DNA from: Spirochaetota bacterium
GTDB taxonomy: Bacteria; Spirochaetota; UBA4802; UBA5550
Direction of reading: 5' to 3'
NCBI GenBank assembly: GCA_963664815.2
Contig: CAXXHB010000003.1
Coordinates: 2,176,001 to 2,240,000, forward strand
DNA: 64,000 nucleotides
In this document: in pieces, positions 10,410-19,420 of the stretch
Layout: the number at the start of each line of letters is the position of its first letter
How positions within the stretch are numbered: position 1 is the stretch's first letter
The notes under the pieces: model-generated
Seen by the model: only the letters and a program-made list of their open reading frames with translations
Databases searched by the model: none
What the model was told of the DNA's origin: nothing
Position numbers and translations under genes: made by a program

Positions 10410-10751
10410 TTATTTCTTTTTTGCAGGCTCAGCTTTTTTTGCAGGCTCAGCTTTTTTTGCAGGCTCAGCTTTTTTTGCAGGCTCAGCTTTTTTTGCATCA
10501 CAATCTGCTACGCATTTTGCTTTTGCATCGTCACAAGCTTTTACTTTTGCTTTTGCTTTTCCAGCTGTTTTTATACAAGCATCATAATTTTTGTCGCAAT
10601 CAGCTTTGCATGCAACTTTTGGATCTGCTTTAACATCAGCAACTTTTTCAACTGCTTTTGCACCAGCTTCATCTTTTACCGCTTTTTTTGTACAAGCTGC
10701 AAAACTGAAAGCAAGCATAAGTGTGAGAGCAAGAATTGAAAACTTTTTCAT
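10410..10751 (-). CDS. Lys/Ala-rich lipoprotein with six-Cys domain and KKAEPA repeats
   Basis: Signal peptide ending in lipobox FAAC; GGAGG RBS; C-terminal (KKAEPA)x4. Confidence 0.8.
   Translation of the reverse strand: MKKFSILALTLMLAFSFAACTKKAVKDEAGAKAVEKVADVKADPKVACKADCDKNYDACIKTAGKAKAKVKACDDAKAKCVADCDAKKAEPAKKAEPAKKAEPAKKAEPAKKK
10423..10494. repeat. Four perfect tandem copies of an 18-bp unit (GCAGGCTCAGCTTTTTTT)
   Basis: Copies start at 10423, 10441, 10459, 10477; encode KKAEPA on the minus strand. Confidence 0.95.
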
Positions 10752-11166
10752 TTAGTAAGTCCTCCGTCTTTATTATTTAATTTTTTTACTCAGGCAACAG
10801 CATTTAAAAGTAATGCTGTACTTGCAACCATTATTATGGAATTAACCAAATGATTATGAATAATATAAAATCAAATTAGTATCCCTTTTATAAGGTTATT
10901 AACAATTTTAGTTAACATCATATATTTTTTCCACTATTATTTTTATTTTTATCATCATAAAACAAAAAAAATTAATATAGAACAGGTAAAATTTAATAGC
11001 CATAAAAACTCTGTTTTATCAAATTAACGAATGCATGCATACAATTTAAAGAATTATCATACTCAAATTACGCAAAGATTAAATCTTTTTTAGAATTTAT
11101 AAGAATATTCAACTTATAATAAATATATTTCATAATGTGAAATAAAAAATTATTTTTATCGATAAA

Positions 11167-11817
11167 TCAATATGACCAATTTTTATACATGGGGGTCAGC
11201 TCAACCTGAGGTTTACCATCTTTATAGGTACTGCTGCTAATCCATAAAACATGATTTATCTTTTTACGAGGTTTCCCGCTGTTTCTATCAGGTGGAAGAT
11301 GATATTGTTCACTGCAGAATTTTGCATAATACTTCTTATTTTTTATCAAACCATACTCTACTGAGGAGAAAATTTTATCATTATCAGTTTCTCTCTGGCT
11401 GAATGAACCTGTTTTCTCAATATATGTTCTTATTTTACTTTTACCCAAAGGAACTATAATGTTTTTATAAATAAGAACGAAATCCTCATCGCTGGCCCAC
11501 GATTTGTATGACGACATTATATCATCTACGCCGCAATAAGTAATTACCTGCACAAAAACATAACTCTGTTTAGTGGCAGTTACTGATGATTCATTACCGT
11601 CAAATGTTACTTCAAATTCACTAATTCCATCATTTGCCATATACTCTCTGAACTCATCAAAAGTCATCTCTTTCATATTACCACCGGCTGCAGTAAGTAA
11701 TAATATTAAAAAACCGTTAAACATTAAAAATAATTTTCTGTGAATATAAACCTTATTTATTTCTCCTTTCATTTTAAGCATCAACTCTCTGTGTAAAACT
11801 CTGAAGTTATCCTTCAA
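11167..11817 (-). CDS. Hypothetical protein (start uncertain)
   Basis: Long ORF overlapping the hisA stop; hydrophobic stretch near the N-terminus; no recognised motif. Confidence 0.6.
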   Translation of the reverse strand: MKDNFRVLHRELMLKMKGEINKVYIHRKLFLMFNGFLILLLTAAGGNMKEMTFDEFREYMANDGISEFEVTFDGNESSVTATKQSYVFVQVITYCGVDDIMSSYKSWASDEDFVLIYKNIIVPLGKSKIRTYIEKTGSFSQRETDNDKIFSSVEYGLIKNKKYYAKFCSEQYHLPPDRNSGKPRKKINHVLWISSSTYKDGKPQVELTPMYKNWSY

Positions 11818-12574
11818 ACTTCACTCTGAACTCTTTTCTTTTTAATACTTCCTGGTAGGAAATATTTCCTCCGAAAATATCCAGTGCACTCCCTATAGTA
11901 AGATCAATTTTACCCTTCCCCTCTTTAAATACAAGTTCAATATCATCAAAATCCTTAACACCACCTGCATATGTAGCCGGAATTTTTACTGAATCGCCAA
12001 GTATACTTACCAGTTTCAGGTCAACACCCTCTTTCATTCCCTCAACATCTACTGCATGTACAAGAAATTCATCGCAGTACTCTTCGAGCTTCATTATATT
12101 TTCACCTGTTATTCTGAAATCTGTAAAGTTCCGCCACCTATCGGTAACAATATAATATGAATTATCTCTACTGCGGCAGCTGAGATCAATAACAAGTCTG
12201 TCTCTTCCTGTCTTCCGTATCATCTTCTGAAGATTGTCAAAATTAAATACTCCGTTTTTAAAGACATATGAAGTAACAATAACATGGGATGCGCCTGCAT
12301 CAAGAAACCTGAAGGCATTATCCGGAGAAATACCTCCGCCGACCTGCAATCCGCCAGGATATGCATTAAGCGCGTTCAGAGCCTCATCTTCATTTCCCGG
12401 CCCCAGCATTATTATATGCCCCCCGGTCAACCCGTCTCTTTTATACAATTCTGCATAATAAGCGGCATTTTTGTCCGATACAAAATTCTCCACAGCGTTT
12501 TCATCGTCGAGCGAACCGCCGACTATCTGCTTTACCCTGCCATTATGGAGATCTATACATGGCCTGAATTTCAT
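11807..12574 (-). CDS. hisA: ProFAR isomerase, eukaryote-like (His6-type)
   Basis: FRPCIDLHNGRVKQIVG, GLQVGGGI, GASHVIVTSYVF, DEFLVHAVDVEG, DLTIGSALDIFGG. Confidence 0.9.
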   Translation of the reverse strand: MKFRPCIDLHNGRVKQIVGGSLDDENAVENFVSDKNAAYYAELYKRDGLTGGHIIMLGPGNEDEALNALNAYPGGLQVGGGISPDNAFRFLDAGASHVIVTSYVFKNGVFNFDNLQKMIRKTGRDRLVIDLSCRSRDNSYYIVTDRWRNFTDFRITGENIMKLEEYCDEFLVHAVDVEGMKEGVDLKLVSILGDSVKIPATYAGGVKDFDDIELVFKEGKGKIDLTIGSALDIFGGNISYQEVLKRKEFRVKFEG

Positions 12575-13794
12575 AGCTGTTCCACCGTCAAATTTCTTTT
12601 ATAAAACGGAAGTATTAAAATCACCGCCGCTGAAATTATTGTCCCGATAATAAAACATTTAGAATACCCCATTTTACCGGTGAGAACTCCCGACAACAAT
12701 GCACCTGGTGTTTTTCCCAATACCTCCAGGCATGCAAGGAGTGTATAATGTGTTGCACCTATGCTTTTATCAACATTAAACATCATAAAAGCGAATAAAG
12801 CAGTTGTAAGCAATCCGCCAAAAAAATGTTCAAGGAGAGTCGCTGCTATTACATGGGATGGCTCCGGAAGAATAAATGTTAATGAAGTTATGTAAATAAG
12901 CGGTAAAAGTCTCAAAATACACGCTATGAACAGAGACCTGTATACTGTAAGTCTGGATGCAATAACACCACCTGCGGCAGAACCTGCTATGGAAGCTGCC
13001 ATACCGTATGTTCCAACCCATAACCCTATATCTGATGCGGCTATACCTGAGTCAATAAGAAACGGTTTATACATCACATCAATCATTATCTCTCCGAATT
13101 TATATACCGCAATGAATAGTATAAGCCACCTGAACGAAATTTCTTTCATTGATTTAAGAAGTATTTTCCATAAATCTTTAAACGAAATCCTTTTGACAAT
13201 TTCAGCTTCCGGTACAGCTTCTTTATAAAACAGGATAAGGATCAGAGGGAGTATTGAAATCAATGCCATAATTATAAACAGAGTATTCCATGCAAAATAC
13301 TGTGTCATCCAAACCAGCAGTCCACCGCTGATTATCATGCCGGATTTGTATCCCACAACCTGAGCCGCATTACCATAACCAAGTTCTTTTTCACCGAGAA
13401 TATCCACAGCAAGACCATCGACAGCAATATCCTGTGTGGCAGCAGCAAGGTTCATAACAAAGATGTTTGCCGCGAGAAAAAACAATCCTAAGGAGGATGT
13501 ATATGATGCAGACAGAACGGAAATGAAAAGAATAACCTGCAGCGGAATAATCCATGACCTCCTCCTTCCTGTTTTATGGTTCCATACAGTATCAAGCAAT
13601 GGCGCCCAGAAAATTTTCAGCATCCATGGAGCTGCAAGTATTGTACTGAACCCTATTAAGGTCAGAGAAACACCTTTCTGCCTTAGATAAACAGGTAGAG
13701 CGGTAGCCTGGTAACCGAAAGGAAGGCCCTGCGACAGGTAAAGTGAAAAGAGAAGAACGATACGGTATGTTTTTTTTCTTTTTCCATTTTTCAT
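12571..13794 (-). CDS. MFS transporter, AmpG/RhtX-FptX-like
   Basis: [37 protein letters not shown]; about 12 TM. Confidence 0.85.
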   Translation of the reverse strand: MKNGKRKKTYRIVLLFSLYLSQGLPFGYQATALPVYLRQKGVSLTLIGFSTILAAPWMLKIFWAPLLDTVWNHKTGRRRSWIIPLQVILFISVLSASYTSSLGLFFLAANIFVMNLAAATQDIAVDGLAVDILGEKELGYGNAAQVVGYKSGMIISGGLLVWMTQYFAWNTLFIIMALISILPLILILFYKEAVPEAEIVKRISFKDLWKILLKSMKEISFRWLILFIAVYKFGEIMIDVMYKPFLIDSGIAASDIGLWVGTYGMAASIAGSAAGGVIASRLTVYRSLFIACILRLLPLIYITSLTFILPEPSHVIAATLLEHFFGGLLTTALFAFMMFNVDKSIGATHYTLLACLEVLGKTPGALLSGVLTGKMGYSKCFIIGTIISAAVILILPFYKRNLTVEQL

Positions 13795-13864
13795 AAGTTT
13801 AATATGCTGAAAACTATATTCTATGTTAATTCCTTAAAAATATTTTGGTAAAAAAATAATTATT

Positions 13865-13981
13865 CCACAACCGCCCCTGGCGGCTGTGGCGATTGAGTAT
13901 TTTTTATTATTAAATCTGCCATGAATTATTATTGAATGATAATAATATTCATGGCAGATTTAAAGTCAATTAAATACTCAA
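13865..13981. repeat. Two adjacent inverted repeats: a GC-rich hairpin (13865-13889) and a long AT-rich hairpin (13893-13981)
   Basis: CCACAACCGCC/GGCGGCTGTGG; perfect 17-bp arms TTAAATCTGCCATGAAT (13910-13926)/ATTCATGGCAGATTTAA (13947-13963); outer arms TTGAGTATTT/AAATACTCAA. Confidence 0.8.
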
Positions 13982-14095
13982 ATGACATCTGGAATTGAAA
14001 ACAGGATTGATGTATTGAAACTTATTTATGACAGTATACATTTTTCTTGACATAAAAGCTGATTCAATAAATATCATTCTGTAAACAAAACTACC

Positions 14096-14168
14096 GCCAA
14101 CGTAGCTCAGTCGGTAGAGCAGCTCACTCGTAATGAGCAGGTCGCCCGTTCGATTCGGGTCGTTGGCT
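14096..14168 (+). tRNA. tRNA-Thr(CGT)
   Basis: Acceptor stem GCCAACG/CGTTGGC, D-arm TAGCTCAGTCGGTAGAGC, anticodon arm GCTCA-CTCGTAA-TGAGC, GTTCGA T-loop; CCA not encoded. Confidence 0.97.
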
Positions 14169-14432
14169 GATAACTACTGAATATTTCAGGGCTTTTCTGT
14201 ATACAATCAACACACATTATAATATAAACTCCTCGTCGGGCATATATATGTCTAAGATAATGGAAATGCAGATTTGTACCATTAGGTAAAAGATTAAATG
14301 ACAATCTTTTTCTTACTCACTCAAATGAATTTCTCAACCACTCTTCAGATTTCCATTCATGAAAGACTCGACCTGTTTATTAAAATCCACTTCTCTTTTG
14401 GAAATGCTCGATAAGAAAATCGGTGGTGACAT

Positions 14433-14660
14433 ATGACAAAAGCTTTAGCAATAAATACACTCTCTGACGTATGTATAAGAAGGAACCCAGAACCGGGTTT
14501 TATACTTCATTCAAACAGAGACAGCCAATATTGCAGTGTTAAATATCAAAAAGAAATTACAAAAAGAAAATTTATTTGCAGTATGAGCCGTAAAGGTAAC
14601 TGTTGGGATAATGCACCAATGGAATCTTCTTGGGTAAATTAAAAACTGAATGGTTATATT
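14433..14660 (+). pseudogene. IS3-family transposase (DDE integrase core) fragment
   Basis: ILHSNRDSQYCS (degenerate HSDRGSQY), MSRKGNCWDNAPMES, then a frameshift into KLKTEWL. Confidence 0.85.
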
Positions 14661-14752
14661 CCTCCAATGAAGATGGGAATTACAGCATAAACAAAAATCA
14701 CATGGTGAATTCTTACTGTCTATGATTCTGCAGTAAGGTCAAGATATTAAAT

Positions 14753-15187
14753 TCAATGTATAATGATATCTATAAAACTTCTTGAATAATATCCTGTTTG
14801 ACTATTTTCTGTTACTAGTTTTAATGTGTATTCCCCTGGTGAGACTAAATTCCCCAAATCATTTCTTCCATTCCATATTACTGGGTTCGAATAAGCAAGT
14901 GTAGTTACACTGTAATTTTTTTGAACTATTTCATCTCCGTCAATATCAAATACAGTTAACGCTAAACTGTCTAATACTGGTGATGAAACACCATTTGGAT
15001 AACTGATTTTAAGTACTGATTGACCATCAGAGTTAAATGGCACCGGATATACAATTATATCATTATCATCGTTTATAATTTTATCACTATTACAAAAAAC
15101 TGTCGATGTCAATAATAGGATAATATAAATTAATATAAAATTTCGCATTCCAATAATACCCGCTGTATTGTAATAAATGTTTTGCAT
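14753..15187 (-). CDS. Exported protein consisting of a single FlgD-Ig-like/CTD-like domain
   Basis: Signal-like N-terminus; VYPVPFN, TVFDIDG, WNGRNDLGNLVSPGEY motifs. Confidence 0.7.
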   Translation of the reverse strand: MQNIYYNTAGIIGMRNFILIYIILLLTSTVFCNSDKIINDDNDIIVYPVPFNSDGQSVLKISYPNGVSSPVLDSLALTVFDIDGDEIVQKNYSVTTLAYSNPVIWNGRNDLGNLVSPGEYTLKLVTENSQTGYYSRSFIDIIIH

Positions 15188-15239
15188 AACTTAAACTATT
15201 AAATAACTAATGAATAATATGCAACATTAATACAAAAAA

Positions 15240-15425
15240 TCAAGTTCTACTTATTTTTCTCCTCAACATTATATTATTCTTTTTCAAGATAATTCTTTTT
15301 CTTATTTCCTTCCGGGCCAAATTGTCTAATGAAAGGTTGGCAAACAGTTTTTTTAATTTTGCATTCTCATCTTCAGGTTGTCGCAACCGGGAGTTTAGCT
15401 CTTTCCAGAATTCATGATCCATCAA
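15240..15425 (-). pseudogene. IS3-family OrfA C-terminal remnant
   Basis: RLRQPEDENAKLKKLFANLSLDNLARKE matches the OrfA leucine-zipper region; HTH part absent. Confidence 0.65.
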
Positions 15426-15539
15426 CTCTTCAAATTGCTCAGATGTTAAATAAACTTCACGCTGAATATCAATATATCAATTATTACCAGGAATGTAGAG
15501 AAAGCTGCCATAATGCCGGAATTATTCCATACATCCTTT

Positions 15540-16199
15540 TTATCTTTTCTTCATACGCTGTTGAGAACAACCATCAGAATAAACCCGTTCCATGTATCCT
15601 GTGGTGAGCAGGCTTATTTCCCACTTTTCCGTATACTTGATTTTACGTGTTTCGGCATTTTCACCACCACCGTTAAAATCAAAATTGTAATTCAATATTA
15701 ATTGTTTATTTCCTTTTATTAACCAGTTACCGGCCCTGTACTCCGGACCTCCATCAATTGTAAACGTTCCGTTTTCACTGAACGTTATATAATAGGTGTT
15801 ATCAATACCATTTAAAAAAACCCAGCATCCCCGGATATTTTCCCGTGTGAGAGATAAAGGAGCTGGATCGAAATTTCTTAAAAATCCTCCGAAAGCCCAC
15901 CCGGTTTTTTCCCCATCAGGGCTGTCGTAATTTATCCTGTACCAGTAGGATTTTGAATTTGAAATCATCACCATATCATTACCCTGCTCAATAACTGTCA
16001 CTGTTGTGCCGTATTTAAGCGAGGTAATCTGTTTTGAATTCTGATCAGGTGATTCCCTGACACGGAGTCCTGATTTTGCAGAAACCCATAATGTTGATTG
16101 CAGTTCATAGACCTGCGCTGATCCCCAGTCGTCAGCATTCATGGATGCAGCGCTGACAGTACTTATAATAAGTAAAAATGCCGTCCGGAAGTATTTCAT
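15540..16199 (-). CDS. Exported SH3b-domain protein
   Basis: Signal peptide; GLRVRESP...LKYGTTV...WYRI...GWAFGGFL. Confidence 0.8.
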   Translation of the reverse strand: MKYFRTAFLLIISTVSAASMNADDWGSAQVYELQSTLWVSAKSGLRVRESPDQNSKQITSLKYGTTVTVIEQGNDMVMISNSKSYWYRINYDSPDGEKTGWAFGGFLRNFDPAPLSLTRENIRGCWVFLNGIDNTYYITFSENGTFTIDGGPEYRAGNWLIKGNKQLILNYNFDFNGGGENAETRKIKYTEKWEISLLTTGYMERVYSDGCSQQRMKKR

Positions 16200-16330
16200 A
16201 ATTAACCTCGAATTAATTTAATAAATTATTTGATATATGCATATTCCATATATATCAATTATCTTATTTTTCAACTTTAACTTCCCGGCTGAATAGTTAT
16301 TTTATAATCAGGATATATATAAACAGGTAT

Positions 16331-16786
16331 CTATAAAAATCTTGATACTGTATGAAACTCAGCTATATCTATAACTTTTACATTCGCCATATCCGCATGC
16401 AGCGGATTCAGTATATAGTTGTTTTCTTCATGTATCAGAGAAGACGGGACCTTCATTATAAAATTATCCGGGGATTTAAGCCAATCGACTGTATATCTAT
16501 ACAGTGCCGGAGATAATACTGATTTATCCCATCCCTTTGGTAATGACTTAATGCTGACTTCATATATACCGGCAGAAACATCAAACTCGAGTGTTAACAT
16601 ATCTATTTTAAAGGCAATGATATCCGGAGTTATATGCACCAGAAATTCAAGCGCCGCGAGGGATCTTGATTCCGAGGTATACAATACGTGCATCCCTTTC
16701 GGATTCCATCTACCGCCAACCGCCGCGGCACCATTACCCGACAAATCCCGTGCATGCTTATGCTTCGCAATGCGGTAGACAATCAT
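16331..16786 (-). CDS. RES-domain toxin (NAD+ phosphorylase/ART-like)
   Basis: VYRI, LSGNGA, GGRWN, YTSES.SLAALE, VPSS, NYILNPLH. Confidence 0.9.
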   Translation of the reverse strand: MIVYRIAKHKHARDLSGNGAAAVGGRWNPKGMHVLYTSESRSLAALEFLVHITPDIIAFKIDMLTLEFDVSAGIYEVSIKSLPKGWDKSVLSPALYRYTVDWLKSPDNFIMKVPSSLIHEENNYILNPLHADMANVKVIDIAEFHTVSRFL

Positions 16787-17226
16787 CAGATGTATACGCC
16801 ATGTTCAATACGTTCTATTTCATCATTTACCAGTTCTATTCCGGTAATGGAATCAAGAATATCAATAGGTCTTTTTCCTTTAAACGCCCTGAGAGGTATT
16901 TCCAGCCATTTCTTAAAACTCTCTTTATTTTCAAAAACAGATACACCATAAACAAATAAACTGGCCAGTGAAACTACCCTGTCTGCAACCGGCAACGGTA
17001 ACGATTTATCCGGTTTATATCTTTGCAAAGTCCGTAATGATATAGATGATAACTCACACATGGTATTCAGAGGTATATCAAAAGTATCTGCCAGGCTGAC
17101 CATATTGTGTTTTACAATATATCCATCTTTGAGAGATGTCAGATCTATTCTGTCTTTTATGTTAACATTCTTCTTCAGATCAAGGAACTTCCTGAAATAT
17201 GTATAATTTTCTGATGTTGATTCCAT
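16786..17226 (-). CDS. Xre/MbcA/ParS-type antitoxin
   Basis: HTH-like SLRTLQR; C-terminal KWLEIP.RAF.GKRP.DILDS..G.ELV...IERIEHG; coupled to the RES gene. Confidence 0.9.
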   Translation of the reverse strand: MESTSENYTYFRKFLDLKKNVNIKDRIDLTSLKDGYIVKHNMVSLADTFDIPLNTMCELSSISLRTLQRYKPDKSLPLPVADRVVSLASLFVYGVSVFENKESFKKWLEIPLRAFKGKRPIDILDSITGIELVNDEIERIEHGVYI

Positions 17227-17248
17227 ACGTTTACTCCTTTGAAAGAAT

Positions 17249-17292
17249 ATGACAACTGCGTACTATATAATGTTACTTGTCATCTATGTCAA
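17249..17292 (-). promoter_or_regulatory. Sigma70-type promoter of xre-res with overlapping inverted repeat (autoregulatory operator)
   Basis: Minus strand TTGACA (17292-17287)-17 nt-TATATA (17269-17264); ATGACAA (17249-17255)/TTGTCAT (17277-17283). Confidence 0.55.
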
Positions 17293-17568
17293 TAATTAAT
17301 CCATAATATAATGGATATATTAATCTTAAATTCTGAATGTCCGGCAGAATTATACATGCATAAACAAGTTTCATATTGTCTGATGAAATGGTATACGCAT
17401 GACTTAAATTTGCATTCTCGCACCGGATATTACACAAAAATATTTCATAATAGATCTGCATGTTTGATTTATCTGAAACAAATTAATAAAATTGCATCCA
17501 TTAACAGTCTTTTTTTGTTACTAACATTAAATTCTATTATTTAAATAAAGTGGCCAGGTATACAGAAT

Positions 17569-18969
17569 ATGAAAACTATACTTTTCATTAACCCTTCTTC
17601 TTATGACGACAATAATAATTTATTGAAGAGTCGTAAGGCATTCATCCCGCCAAGAACACTGCCGTATCTGGCTGCATTATCAGCCATCCATCATAAGTAT
17701 GAAATGAAGATTATTGACGAAATTGTTGAGGATGTTCCCTTTGAAATGGATGCTGCTCTGGTCATTCTGACAGGAATGATTACTCATATTGACCGTGCAA
17801 TAGATATTGCAGGAAAGTTCAGAGCTAAAGGTGCAAAAGTAATTATCGGCGGACCGGGCGCATATTCCTGCATGGACTATGTGCAGAAAAGCAACGCATT
17901 TGACTCGATCGTATCGGGCGAAGCTGATGAATTATGGAAATCTATAATCGAGGATTTTGATCAAAACCGGTTAAAACCTTCATATAAAAGTGTGTCCACA
18001 CCTTTGCTATCCAATCTGCCATTTGCGAGATTTGATCTTATCAATAAAAAAAAATATAGAAAATCATCTGACAAAAACAATCCCATGCTGCCGATTGAAA
18101 CAAGCAGGGGATGCCCATATAATTGTAAATTTTGTATGGTGACTAATTATTTCGGAAAAAAAATCCGCCATCGCCCAATATCGGATGTTGTTGCAGAAAT
18201 CAGACATCACAATGCCAAAGATATTGTTTTCACAGACGATAACATAATAGCAGATACGGATTATTCAATAGAATTATTTAAAGCGTTAAAACCTCTTGGC
18301 GTTGAATGGTTTGGACAGTTTGATACTACGATTTGTCAGAAACCTGAACTTGTAAAGCTTGCAAATGAGTGCGGCTGCGGAGTGGCATTTCTTGGGATTG
18401 AATCAACGGATCAGAACAATTTGCTTGGAATAAATAAGCGCCACAATATGAAGAATTCTTTAAAAGATATCAGCGATGCATTCAAACATACAAAAATTTC
18501 CGTACATGCTTCGATGATCTTCGGGATGGATTTTGATACTGAAGCATCGATGGCAGAAACCATCAATGAACTGGTGAAAAACAATATCGACGCATTAATT
18601 CCATGGATTCTTACTCCGATGCCGGGAACGGCGGTCTATGATGAGATGAAAGCTCAGGGACGCATCCTTCATGAGAATTATTCGCTTTACGATGGAACGC
18701 ATGTTGTATTCCAGCCCAAACAGATGACACCTCAGCAACTCTCAGATGCCTATTGGAAGATATTCAGGCAGTTTTACAAGCCGAAACCTGTTCTGAAAAG
18801 ACTTTTCGGATATCAAAAAGGCTGGCTATTTGAGCAGTTTATTTATGACCTTTATGTCGCAGGACTTGTACGACAGAGAATTCATCCCTGGAAAGGGAAA
18901 TTATATGCGGAACATAATTCCATGGCAAAGGGGTTTTCTCGTTATTCCGGATTAGTACAACCAACCTGA
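17569..18969 (+). CDS. B12-binding radical SAM protein
   Basis: N-terminal cobalamin-binding domain (VIIGG, GEAD); ETSRGCPYNCKFC; FTDDN; GIES; LTPMPGT. Confidence 0.9.
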   Translation: MKTILFINPSSYDDNNNLLKSRKAFIPPRTLPYLAALSAIHHKYEMKIIDEIVEDVPFEMDAALVILTGMITHIDRAIDIAGKFRAKGAKVIIGGPGAYSCMDYVQKSNAFDSIVSGEADELWKSIIEDFDQNRLKPSYKSVSTPLLSNLPFARFDLINKKKYRKSSDKNNPMLPIETSRGCPYNCKFCMVTNYFGKKIRHRPISDVVAEIRHHNAKDIVFTDDNIIADTDYSIELFKALKPLGVEWFGQFDTTICQKPELVKLANECGCGVAFLGIESTDQNNLLGINKRHNMKNSLKDISDAFKHTKISVHASMIFGMDFDTEASMAETINELVKNNIDALIPWILTPMPGTAVYDEMKAQGRILHENYSLYDGTHVVFQPKQMTPQQLSDAYWKIFRQFYKPKPVLKRLFGYQKGWLFEQFIYDLYVAGLVRQRIHPWKGKLYAEHNSMAKGFSRYSGLVQPT

Positions 18970-19420
18970 CTGAAACCTGCACAGAACTATATCCCTAAAA
19001 CGTTTATATGCCATGAAGAGCTATTAACTTCACCGGGAGACTGACGGCAATTAAGGGATATACGTTAAAAGTATCATAGATGCATAATGTCTTGACAGTT
19101 ATGACGCAGATAACAACCATGACACAAGGTGAAAAGATGAAAATTATGCCGTATGAACGACCGTTTTATTTCTCGATAAAAAAAATAGAAAACTGTGTTA
19201 TCTCACGCAGACATAAATACATTGGCAAGCATATAATGTGCATGTCGGTGTGTATAAGACTTTTTAACATAAATATACTTTAGCAGCAGAAGAACCCGGA
19301 AAAGAGTATCCTGAACTTTTTTCCGTTTCAAAGCAGAATATCCTTTAAATTAGCCTATAGATGTTTGTCATGACGGCTGGATAAATCTTATATTAAACAT
19401 TGTTTCCGCAGTAATAATAT

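Noticed and set aside
10423-10494. Repeat array as possible CRISPR
   Set aside because: No spacers; in-frame coding tandem repeat; no cas genes in the window
10887-10917. TTTATA/TTAACA/TTAACA upstream of the lipoprotein as a Pho box
   Set aside because: Spacing is 12-13 bp rather than 11 and the orientation is opposite to the gene
14107-14304. 65-aa minus-strand ORF
   Set aside because: Antisense shadow of tRNA-Thr
19080-19283. 67-aa intergenic ORF
   Set aside because: No convincing RBS or recognisable motif
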